Source: Tricharina praecox (lineage: Eukaryota). Taken from it: 35,495 nt of DNA. The notes under the pieces are model-generated. The model did no database searches and had not been told where the DNA came from. It saw nothing but the letters and a program-made list of their open reading frames with translations. The stretch is from assembly GCF_024521635.1 (NCBI RefSeq), contig NW_026250407.1, forward strand, positions 1,674,001-1,709,495. The letters run 5' to 3'. Shown here in pieces: positions 22,195-32,201 of this stretch (position 1 is the first letter of the stretch; each line of letters begins with the position of its first letter). The translations under genes were made by a program, and so were the position numbers.

Positions 22195-24048
22195 CTACAG
22201 CTTTGCCTTCAAAACCGGATCGATCCAACTGTCATCCGAGTTCCTGATGTAATACGCCATTTCGCCTGTCCTCTTCTCCGCAGTACTATGTCCGTTTCCC
22301 AAAAATTGAAATCGGTTACGCTTTTCCCGCGTCAGCGCCCAGTCCTCGTATCTGACTTCACGCACGGCCTCGATATAGTGCAGCGACGACCCTGGCCACA
22401 GCGCGGTAACTTTGCCGTGGATGTTGTCGCCTTTGTACCACGAGCGACAGTCTTCGGTCCAAACTGTGTGGTGTCAGCATAGTCGCCGCGGGGCAGGGAG
22501 GAGATACGGCATGTTGGTACATACCAGTGTTTTTCATGAACTCGTCTTTATGCTCGACGAAATCGTCCACAGCCTCCTCTCGCACATCGAACGTCGTGAG
22601 CATTTCTTTCTGGAACTTGCTCAGCAGCTTGACAAAGTACTCGACCTGAGCTTCGATTCCGGCGAGCACGGCGCCATTGCCGATCGGACAGTTGGGGCCG
22701 AGCGTCATCAGATAGTTCGGAAACCCCGCCGCTGCAAACCCGAGGTACGCTCGCGGCTCGTCTTTCCACTTCTCGCGGAGGTCGACACCGGCGCGACCGA
22801 TCACCGGGAAGCGCGGTCGCAGTGAGGTGTCGAAGCCCGTGGCGCAGATTAGCACGTCAGTGGGGTACTCTTCGCCGGAAGACATGACGCAGCCAGCGGA
22901 GGTAACATGGGTGATGTTGCCGAAGACGACAGAGACATTGGGAGCGGAGAGAGATTTCAGGTAGTCGATTCCCGGGGAGAGGCGCCGGCACCCAACAGAC
23001 CAGGTTGGAATGAGGGCGTTCTGGAAATGAGCTGTCCGTGGATCCGAGAGCTGTTGTCTCATGCGGTCTTCGAAGGCAGTGCGGATTTCCTTTTGCCGCC
23101 CGTCTGCAAGGGTGAACATTGCGAACGCGCTGTTGATGCCGGATTCGATGCCGCGGCGGAGCACGAGGTGCTTCTCGGGATCCGCAGCGAAGGAGGCTTT
23201 GTCGGCATCGGTGAAGACTTGGTATGCTTCGCCGAGAGGTGGGGCGATCCATGTTGGCTCGCGGATGAACGTGGTAAGTTCCTTCACCTCGGCCTGGATC
23301 GCAGGGAGGATCTGGACTCCGGACGATCTGGGGGGAGGTTGTTAGGCACCGAGGAACAATGCAGAGGTAAAACATACCCATTGCCGATTAGGCCCACCAC
23401 CTTCCCTGTCAAATCCAAGTCCTCCGGCCATGCAGCGGAGTGCACAAGCGTCCCCTTGTAGTTTTCCAAGCCGGGAATCGCCGGCCATTTCCATGCATTT
23501 AATATTCCGCCGGCGTTCAACAGCACATGGCAACTGTCCTCTACAAGAATCTCGGTCGTTCCTTGCCGAATCTTCACATGCCACTGCGCGGCCGCCTCGT
23601 CCCATGTCGCGCCGATGACTTCGTGTTCGAGCTTGATGTAACGCCCGAGTTGGTATTTTTTCGCGAACCCGGCGAAGTACTGATGGATCTCCTTCGCGGA
23701 GGCATATGTTGACGACCAGTCCGTCTTCGGCTCGAAGGACCACGTGTAGCAGTGGGAGGGAACGTCGCAGGCGCATCCTGGGTATCGATTCTCGTACCAG
23801 GTTCCCGACACATCTTTGTTTTTCTGTCGGCTGTCAGTAATCATCGTTGAAGGTGTTCCGTCGGGGTGTGTACGCACTTCGTAGACGTTCAGCTCAAAAT
23901 CATCGAAATGCCGCTGAAGCTTGTAAGCAATCAGCAGCCCAGAAGCTCCCGCGCCGATACAGATAACTTTCAACTTCCGCGTTGGCGTGTGAATGGGCTT
24001 GTCGAAATCGACTTTGTATTCGCCGTTGTCGCAGTTGTCGCCGTTCAT
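22195..24048 (-). CDS. FAD/NADPH-dependent monooxygenase, Baeyer-Villiger type (StcW/MoxY-like family); 4 exons, apparently intact
   Basis: FAD motif IGAGASG, SGTWYENRYPGCACD, BVMO fingerprint variant YKGTLVHSAAWP, NADPH motif IGNG|SSG, DVLICATGFD, last exon VWTEDCRSWYK...LWPGSSLHYIEA...NRFQFLGNG...VLKAKL*. Introns are 23824-23877 (54 nt), one after GLIGNG and one after FMKNT. Confidence 0.93.
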
Positions 24049-24828
24049 GTTGGTTCAATCTCTGCAGACCACTTCGTGATCCTCCTTCCACTGCTGCCAT
24101 CGATGACTTTATATTCGCCAGGCATCGATCAACAGCGATCGTAGAATTCACAAGCCATCGCACGGCAACTCGGCCCATATACTGATCGGATGTAAACTGT
24201 CCGAGATTCCCATCTTCCTACCCTTCCCGCATCCGCGCTACGTCACGCGAGGAAAATAGAGATGGCTACATGTATACCAAGACAACCGATCACTATATAA
24301 ATTCTCCACAACCACGGCAACAATCCACCCTGCGTGAACTGCCGAGTCTTGTGGCTGCCTACGGGCGACCTAATCAAGTACCGGTCATCCGAAGCGCAGT
24401 TTGACCGTGGAAGTGTTTGCATCTAATAGACAGTCCAAACCGCAGATTGATCTAGTTGCCTCCCCTTTAAATATTAGTGCTCTCGCTGCCAAGATATATC
24501 ACCGCCCCCGGTTGCAGATATATCTCATAGTGCGTGTCGCTTATAACAGCCGGCAATGTGTTCAATCAGAAGGATCGACTTGGGAGCGGTTATGTAGGAG
24601 TGTACACGCCCGACACTTTAACGGACAAGCGACGGACGAAAAATGACCCCCACTGCCGACCGCTACCCCACTTGGGCAGACGGATGCCTGATGCCGCTGG
24701 GGAAGATACAGAGAGTGAGGTTTCCTAGTGGGGGCGCGGGGAGCAGGAAGAAAGGGAAACTGAACTCAGATGTATATTGCCATGATTTACTGAGGTCGCA
24801 AGTAATGATTGATTAAACAAATAAGAAA

Positions 24829-25703
24829 CAACGGAAACGTCTATAATGCCGTAGTTTTCTTCGACGTTTCAACCCCACCACTACTTAATTCAACCGCCAC
24901 TCAAGCCCACCACCACCCGCCACCACGCAAACCCACTATGGCAAGCAATGGAAGAGCTGTCGGCGAAAGGAGAAAGTGAAAGAGGACTCCTGTCGGCGGG
25001 AGAAACTGAGTTTGATTTGTCGTGGGCATCAACGTTGGTAAGTAGGTATACATGACAGCATCAATTACTGAGCGAGGAGGGGACATACGCTGGGTGGATT
25101 GGGGGTTTTTTTTCTTCTTATTCTCTCCGGATCAGTGCCATGTACTGAAGAAACGGGAAACCATCCATCTCCACACTCTCCTCTGTGTGTGCTCCCTTCC
25201 ACCTCCCACGGCTGTTGGCCTGGAGTTGGCAGAGAGTCCTCGAAAAGCCACCACCACTAAAACACCCGTCTACTTGCCAATGCCTCTCTAGACCGGAAGG
25301 CGGGTCGGCAGACGGATAACACACAAGGGGAGGGAGGATGTAGATGCTGATCTTGTATTCTGTAGACGATGAGAGAGAAACAAGAAGAAGGAGAACAGAC
25401 GATGGAGATGGCAGGCGACTCGCTGGCCCCGCCAACGTTGATGCTCACTAAGTACTAACCACATCCGCTTCCTCTCACCGACAGGTCCTCTGGCTCTGTC
25501 CACTCGCTCCCTCTTCTCGCCGACAGCCTCTCCACCGCTGGCCGCAGTCGGGTTGCCTGGTGGGTGGTGGTGGTGAGTTTGAGTGGCGGTGAGTTTGAGT
25601 GGTGGTGAGTTTGAGTGGTGGTGAGTTTGAGTGGTGGTTGGTTTAAGTGGTGGTGGGGATGAAACGTGGAACCAAACCATGGCATTTTAGACGTCTGCCG
25701 TTG
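24829..25703. mobile_element. Non-coding foldback/MITE-like element with long imperfect terminal inverted repeats
   Basis: Left CAACGGAAACGTCTATAATGCCGTAGTTTTCTTCGACGTTTCAACCCCACCACTACTTAA... matches the reverse complement of the right end, CAACGGCAGACGTCTAAAATGCCATGGTTTGGTTCCACGTTTCATCCCCACCACCACTTAA.... Inverted similarity continues inward to GCATCAACGTTGG (~25026) and CCAACGTTGATGC (~25432). No target duplication was recognised. Confidence 0.7.
25569..25648. repeat. 16-bp tandem repeat GGTGGTGAGTTTGAGT, 5 units, within the right arm of the foldback element
   Basis: Directly visible; units 2 and 5 carry substitutions. Confidence 0.9.
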
Positions 25704-25963
25704 ATACAATCAGCCTAGCCAGCTGGGACACATATTCAAGTTGTCTCGCTCCAGACTTATTCCTGTCGTAAATAACTTGCAGCTTGTACCTCGGCGCCAG
25801 TCAAAACTCCAGTCTTAAGTGTTGATTAAGTCCTTATCCAAAAAAACCTTTTTTTCACGACACATCAATATTTTCTGATGACAACCAAAAAACAAATTGA
25901 CATACGTCACGTAACCACTCATCATAAAGCCCATAACAGCGAAGGCCGTACTAAGACCATGAA

Positions 25964-26200
25964 AGCGAATCTAGTACATAGCCATGGCAGCGAATATAGA
26001 AGAGAGGCGCTTGCATCAAATCCAGTAGAGAGTCATGGCAGCGAATTCAAAAGAGAGGTTCCAGCAGGGGATCTGGTGCACAGCCATGGCAGCAAATCTA
26101 GTAGAGAGGCCCTGGCAGCGGGTTCACTACAGCCTCCATGACAGACAGCGAATCTAGTACAGAGCCATGTCAGCGGATACAGAAGAGAGGTCCTGGGAGC
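25964..26200. repeat. Degenerate ~51-bp minisatellite (AGCGAATCTAGTACA.AGCCATGGCAGCGAA...AGAGAGG...)
   Basis: About 4 units; seen as 17-aa periodicity (NLVHSHGSEYRREALA / NPVESHGSEFKREVPA / DLVHSHGSKSSREALA) in ORF 25878-26141. Confidence 0.75.
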
Positions 26201-26702
26201 TAATGGAGCGGTGAGGTCAGGGAGCGAATCCAGTACAGAGCTCAGCGAGAAAATGCAGCGGTGAAGACCTGGGAGCGAATGTAGGGGTGAAGCTCTGTGA
26301 GCGAATGCAGTGATGAGACCAGTTTTCTACATCGTCCGGTCGGGACTGCAGTGCGGACTCGACGGTCTGCTAAGATCTGTTCCGGTCCGGCCCTTTGGAC
26401 AGGCCGCCGAAAACTAGTGCGTCCCGTCTATGGATCCCGAGGACTGGAGGGGACTGCGGTCGACTGCAGTCGGATGCCAAAAATTGAACAAAATAATTGT
26501 CTTCTCGAAATCGCGAGATTACACCAAAGTAAGGCAGAAAAATTTCTTTCCTATGACTTAACATCTTAATGCGAAATCTTTCCATCAAGTGACACTTCAA
26601 TCGCTTCCTTTCCGCCTTAGTTCGCCATGATTTTGCAATTACTGAAGGAAAAAAAAATCTCCATTTCCTGGCATTAGACAGCAGTCGACTGCAGTCGATT
26701 GC

Positions 26703-26936
26703 TGTGAGACTGGAACGGTTTCAGGACGTCAGAGTCTTTGATAGATATCAAGTATAGAATAAAAGTCAGGGATTTCGATAATTCAAAGCGGAATCATGTT
26801 AACGGGTATCGCCGGTAGCGTTCGGTGTTCTTGTTGTGCTGATGTTGAGATTTTTTTGTGACGATATTCGACTGACTGTATAGTCTACGCGTACAACTAA
26901 GCACGTGATCGGAAAACTCTTTTGTGGGGAACTCCT
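26703..26936. mobile_element. Truncated LTR-like sequence of a second family (family B), cut by the solo LTR
   Basis: Starts TGTGAGACTGGAACG, identical to 35397. The two copies stay colinear but diverged for ~100 bp (GAGTC..TTGATAGA, TAGAAT, AAG.GGAAT.AT.TTAA). The TG start is typical of LTRs. Confidence 0.5.
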
Positions 26937-27495
26937 TGTAACAGCACGTTCGTGCAAGGCTTCAGGTAGCGAAGTTGGGCTGGGGATCGGGTACTGGGCT
27001 CGGCAGAGGCAAGACGGGTTCAGGGGAGAAGGCAAGGCAGAGCTCAGTGCAGACGGCAACTGAGAACGGGGGCAGGGACAAGGACTACGGCGCAGACAGC
27101 AGCCGAGGCAAGGACAGAGGTAACAGTGATTGAGTTAACAAGTTGTTGCGTGAAGAACTAAGTACAGAGGGGCAACGGCCCGTTTATATAGGAAATCCTC
27201 CACTTCTTCCCGCAACCTGACACTGACCGTGGGCGTTTGCCAGACCCTGAGAAATCCACCTTGCCAGTACCCCGCTTCCGTGACTCATACCCTGCGCAGC
27301 CGCACTACCCCTGCTTCCTCCACACAGCCTCAATCCCGCTGCCGCACATTACTGCACTATCCCTGCTCCCTGCACACAGCCCCAATCCTCTGCGGCTCAC
27401 CCTTGCACTGCCGGTGCACGGCCTGTGCACTGCCTCCTAACACTCCGGATCCTTGCGCCGACCCTCCCTTCATCATTCCGTCGCGAGCCGTGACA
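26937..27495 (-). mobile_element. Solo LTR of family A (559 bp)
   Basis: TGTAAC...GTGACA ends; colinear with, but more diverged from, the LTRs at 27804-28361 and 33425-33983. Flanks CTCCT and AATTT do not match. Confidence 0.93.
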
Positions 27496-27803
27496 AATTT
27501 TCCGCAGCAGGGATTGTTGCCGAGGGATGGTAGCCGAAATTAGCATGGAAGGGCGACATTCCGGTTGCCGATGTAACCGAGTTGTTGTAGGCAAACTCAG
27601 CCATCGGTAGGAGATTCACCCAATTGTTCTGCTCGTAGTTGACGAAGGAGCGGAGGTCGGCTTCGATCGTCTGGTTGAGGCGTTCCGTTTGTCCATCCGT
27701 CTGTGGGTGGAACGCTGTTGACACCCGGGGCTTAATCCCTGGCAGTTGGATGAATTCTTTCCATGTACTCCAGGTAAACCGTGAGTCTCGGTCCGACACT
27801 ATG
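27496..27803 (-). mobile_element. Integrase fragment of the older host Ty3/Gypsy element (part after the insertion site)
   Basis: IVSDRDSRFT...STAFHPQTDGQTERLNQTIE...LLPMAEFAYNNS...GMSPFHANFGYHP; continues in frame from the fragment at 33984+ once the nested element is removed. Confidence 0.92.
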
Positions 27804-28361
27804 TGTAACGGCACGGTCGGGCAAGGCTCCAGGTAGCGAAGTCGGGCTGGGGACCGGGTTCTGGGTTCGGTAGAGGCAAGACGGGTTCGGGGACAAGGTG
27901 AGGCAGGACTCAGTGCAGACGGCAACTGAGAACAGAGGCAGGGACAAGGACTACGGCGCAGACGGCAGCCGAGGCAAGGACAGAGGTAACAGTGATTGAA
28001 TTAACAAGTTGTTGCGTGAAGAACTAAGTACAGAGGGGCAACGGCCCGTTTATATAGAAAATCCTCGACTTCTTCCCGCAACCTGACAATGACCGTGGGC
28101 GTGTGCCAGACTCTGAGAAATCCACCTTGCCAGTACCCCACTTCCGTGACTCATACCCTGCTCAGCCGCACTACCCCTGCTTCCTGCACACAGCCCCAAT
28201 CTCCTGCGACTCATTGCTGCGCTATCCCTGCTCCCTGCACACAGCCCCAAATCCTCTGCGACTCATCCTTGCACTGCCGGTGCACTGCCTCTGCACTGCC
28301 CCCCAACTCTCCCGATCCTTGTGCCGACCCTCCCTTCGTCATTCCATCGCGAGCCGTGACA
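27804..28361 (-). repeat. 3' LTR (558 bp)
   Basis: About 12 substitutions and 1 indel versus the 5' LTR by manual comparison. Confidence 0.96.
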
Positions 28362-28375
28362 GTAGTCCCTCCTAA
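28362..28375 (-). other. Polypurine tract next to the 3' LTR
   Basis: Minus strand TTAGGAGGGACTAC immediately precedes the 3' LTR start TGTCACGG; the purine run is short. Confidence 0.6.
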
Positions 28376-31300
28376 GGCTCGAGTTTCCACGAGAGCAAGT
28401 TCGACTGGTCCAGGCTGCATGGAGTATCGTCGATGGAAGTCGTCCACAGCTTGTACTTCGGTAAGGTTCTCCTCTGGTTGCCATGTTGGTGCCGCGTAGC
28501 CTCTCCATTTCACCAGGTACTGGAGTTTGCCCCTGAGGTTCCGGCTGTCGAGGACCTCTTCAACCTCCCATTCTTCTTGGTCGTCCACGATTACCGGAAG
28601 TGGTGGCGGTGGAATTTGTCCAGGGAAGGGATCGTCAGCGTAGGCATGAAGGAGGGATACACGAAATGTTCGGTGCTTCTGAACGGTGTCCGGGATGTCC
28701 AATTCGTAGGCGTGGGTTCCGATTGTCCGAATCACACGGTAGGGACCATGGTGTTTGTTTTCCAGCTTGCGACTGGGTCTCTCGGTGCGCCAGTTCCGAC
28801 CATCCACCCATACCATGTCGCCTGGTTGGAACGCTGGTGCAAGGGTTCGGTGTCGGTCTGAGTCGTCCTGTTGCCGTGCCTGGGCATACCGCATTTGGCT
28901 GCGGGCGACGTCGTGGATTTGATGCAACCGTTCCGCTGCACTCTGAGCTTGATGTTCCTCCTTGGTGTCGACACGGATATCCAGCTCAAAGTCACACCGT
29001 GGGTGGTATCCTAGGTTAGCGAAGAATGGGGACAGGGTAGTCGTGTCGGAGACCTGGTTGTTGCCAGCGAATTCGGCCAAGAAGAGGTAGTCGACCCAGT
29101 CATCCTGGAGGTAGCTGACGTACGCGCGGAGGTGCGGTTCCATGGCGCCGTTCATCCGTTCAGTTTGGCCGTCGGTCTGGGGGTGGAAGGCAGTTGACAG
29201 GCGTGGCTCGATCTTGAGGCATGAGCATAGGTGTTTCCAGAATCTCGAGGCAAACTGGGGGCCCCTATCCAAGACGATGGTTTCTGGCAACCCGTGGTAC
29301 CTGAATATCCGGTCGCTGAACAGCTCGGCCAATCCTTCCGAGGTGATGGTCGTGGTACATGGTAGGAGATGGCGTTGCTTGGTCAGTCGGTCAACAAAAA
29401 CACAGATGGCGTCAAACCCCTTTGAGGCCGGTAAGCCAGTGACAAAGTCGACTGAGATGTGTTGCCATGGCTTCTCGGGTACTGGGAGGGGGCGCAGGAC
29501 ACCATAGGGTGCGTGCCGGGTGGCCTTGGTTCGCCGGCAGGTGTGGCAGTTTCGGACAAACTGGTCAACGTCCTTTCGCATCTGTGGCCAGTAGTACCTT
29601 CGAGCAAGTAGTTCCAGGGTTTTTGCGCGCCCTGGGTGCCCCATGGTCGGTGGGTCGTGGTGGTCCTGGATCAGTCGTAGTCGGAGTCGGTCGTACTCTG
29701 GAACATAGAGGCAGTCTCGGTAGATCAGTCGCCCGTTGACTTCGCGGCATTCGGCCAAGGAGATCTCCTTCGAGTGGCGTGTACCATTTCGGAGTAGCTG
29801 GAGGATTCGATTTGGGACGGGGTCTATGTCGTAGCCTTCTGTTATCAGTGACGTGAGGAGGGGACGGTGTTGTTCGGGTGTGTTGGTTGCTGCCAACCGG
29901 AGCTCTTCCGGTAGGTTGTCCGGTTTCAGGACCGCCTGCTGGTTGGCAAGCAATCTTTCATCCCCTTCTTTAGGGAGGTCTCCTGACCTCCTGGTCAGTG
30001 CATCCGGTTTTCCTCCCGCTTTGCCTGGTCGGTAGACAATCTTGAAATGGAAACGGGAAAGGAACTCTGACCATCGCGCTTGTCGTCGGTTAAGTAGTTT
30101 CGTTGTCATGAAATACTCCAGATTCTTGTGGTCGCTTAGGACTTGGATGGGGTGAGGAGCGCCCTCCAGATGTGGTCTCCACTCCTCAAAGGCGCGGATG
30201 ATTGCAAGGAGTTCTTTGTCATAGATCTCGTAGTTGCATTCTGCCGGGGAGTGTTTCTTGGAATAGAATGCCACTGGGTGCAGAATTCCCTCGTCGTCGT
30301 ACTGAGATAGGACTCCGGCAGAGACGTAGTCGGAGGCGTCAGTTTCCACTACTATCTGCCGATCGTAGTCGAAGTGCCGGAGGATCGAGGCCGAGGTGAA
30401 TGCTGTTTTTAGTTCGTCGAATGCTTTCTGCTGTTCCGGTCCCCACACGAAGGGAACATACTTTCCATCCTCCTTCTTGGTCAATGCTGTCAGTAGGGAT
30501 ACCACCTTGGAATAGTCTTGGATGAATCGCCGGTAGAAGTTCGCAAATCCCAGAAAGCATTGCACATCGGTGACGGTACTCGGCTCCTCCCATTCCAGTA
30601 TGCAGGAGACTTTCGCTGGGTCCATCTTGATCCCGTTTGTTGTAATGATCAGTCCCAAATACTTGACTTCCGTCTGGTGGAAATGCCATTTTTCGGGTTT
30701 GAGATGTAGACCGGCTGCTGATAAGGCCTGAAGTACTTTCCTGACATGTTTCCGGTGTTCATCTAAGGATCCGCTGTAAATGAAGACGTCATCGATGAAT
30801 GCGGTACAGAAGACGTCGAGGAACGGGCGTAGCACATCGTTGATCAGAGCTTGGAAGTCGGCAGGGGCGTTGGTGAGGCCGAAGGGCATGACGAGGGATT
30901 CGAAGAGCCCATAGCGTGTCCGGAAGGCAGTTTTCCACTCTTCTCCTTCCGCCATCCGCACAAGGTTGTAGGCACCGCGGATATCCAGGGTGGTGAAGTA
31001 TTTTGCCCAGGATAGCCGCATCAGAGTTTCTTGGAGGAGTGGGAGTGGGTACCTGTTCTTGATTGTTCCTTCGTTCAGGCCCCTATAATCCACACACAGG
31101 CGTAGGGAGCCGTCCGATTTCTTGACAAACAGGATTGGCGATTCTGCTGGAGAGGAAGAGGCACGGATGAAACCTTTGCGGAGGTTGTCGTCAAGCCATT
31201 CCTTCAGTGCGACAAGCTCCGTTTTCGAAAGTGAGTACAGGGATCAGTATGGGGGCGTAAATCCCTCCTTGAGTGGAATCTTATGGCCTTAGTGTCGGTG

Positions 31301-32155
31301 CGGGGGCAAGTTCTGGGCAAGGGCTTCAGAGAATAGCGGTAGGAACTCGTGGTATTCGTGAGGGATATGTGCCGTGGGGTCCTTGTTTCCTTCCAGTGCG
31401 CCGTTGACCTCGGCAAGCGTGGTGTTGAAAATCGTGAGGCTTTCCTTGTTGACCAGTTCTTGGAATGACTCCATCTGTAAGGCTGAGATTCTGACTGTGC
31501 TTTCCCTTCAAAGGTTAGTGATTCTTCCTTGGGGGAGACGTAATGTAGCGGGCCACGATGTCGCCGGCCCCCGCGCTTACCGCTGGCTCTTGCTGAGCTG
31601 CTTTTGACGCGACAGCATAGGTGGATACGTCAGGCGGGTCGGTGGTGATTCCATGTGCAACTGTGGGCACCGCATTGCAATTGGCTGTGCAGTATTGGGA
31701 GCCGAAGGTGAGGGTTCGGGAGCTGAACTGGATGGCCACACCGTACAGGTCCATCCAGGGGATTCCGAGTACAACGGGGTAGTGGCCTAGTTTGGTGACA
31801 AACATAGGGATTTCCTCGTGGTGTTCCTGTATGGACAGGGTGGTGGTGGCAACATGTGTGATGTCGCCTGACTCGATGGGACGGCCATCGATGACTTCGA
31901 GACTTCGCGGGGATTTCAGGGGTACGAGGGGTAGGTGGTGATGGCGCGCGAAGTCTTTGTCTACAAATGCAATTCCGGTTGCCCCACAGTCGATCAGCGC
32001 ATGCGTGGCAATAGTTTTGTCACCAAACGAAAGGTTACACAATACAACAAGATGTTTTCCTTCCATTGTTGATTCTTCCACAACCATTCCTGACACTGAG
32101 AGACTAGACAAACAAAAAATAGGGGACATAGGAGACAAAGACTTATCCTGGGTAC

Positions 32156-32201
32156 GACCAACAACAGTGCCATCAAGCGGTTGTTGGTCTAGGCTTTTCC
32201 C
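32156..32201 (-). promoter_or_regulatory. -1 programmed ribosomal frameshift signal at the gag/pol junction
   Basis: Slippery heptamer G GGA AAA (32195-32201) in the gag frame just before the TAG, then a 5-nt spacer and a perfect 10-bp hairpin GACCAACAAC-14 nt-GTTGTTGGTC (32156-32189). pol is in the -1 frame. Confidence 0.8.

Larger units (their letters stand above)
28211..32201 (-). pseudogene. pol: pol polyprotein (aspartic protease, RT, RNase H, integrase, chromodomain), disrupted between protease and RT
   Basis: ALIDCGATG protease; RT VMPFGLTNAPA...AFIDD; RNase H ETDASD; integrase HHCC plus DD35E; chromodomain WEVEEVLDSR...YLVKWRGY...TWQPEENL. Frameshift near 31530 and in-frame stops at 31508-31510, 31289-31291 and 31244-31246. 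ORF 28211-31093 is open. Confidence 0.93.

Noticed and set aside
9527..24048. Secondary-metabolite gene cluster (methyltransferase plus monooxygenase)
   Set aside because: The two genes are 11 kb apart with unrelated genes between them, and the window has no PKS, NRPS, terpene synthase, transporter or cluster regulator.
25569..26200. CRISPR-like or telomeric arrays
   Set aside because: The repeats are contiguous without unique spacers, the context is eukaryotic, and the unit is not TTAGGG-like.
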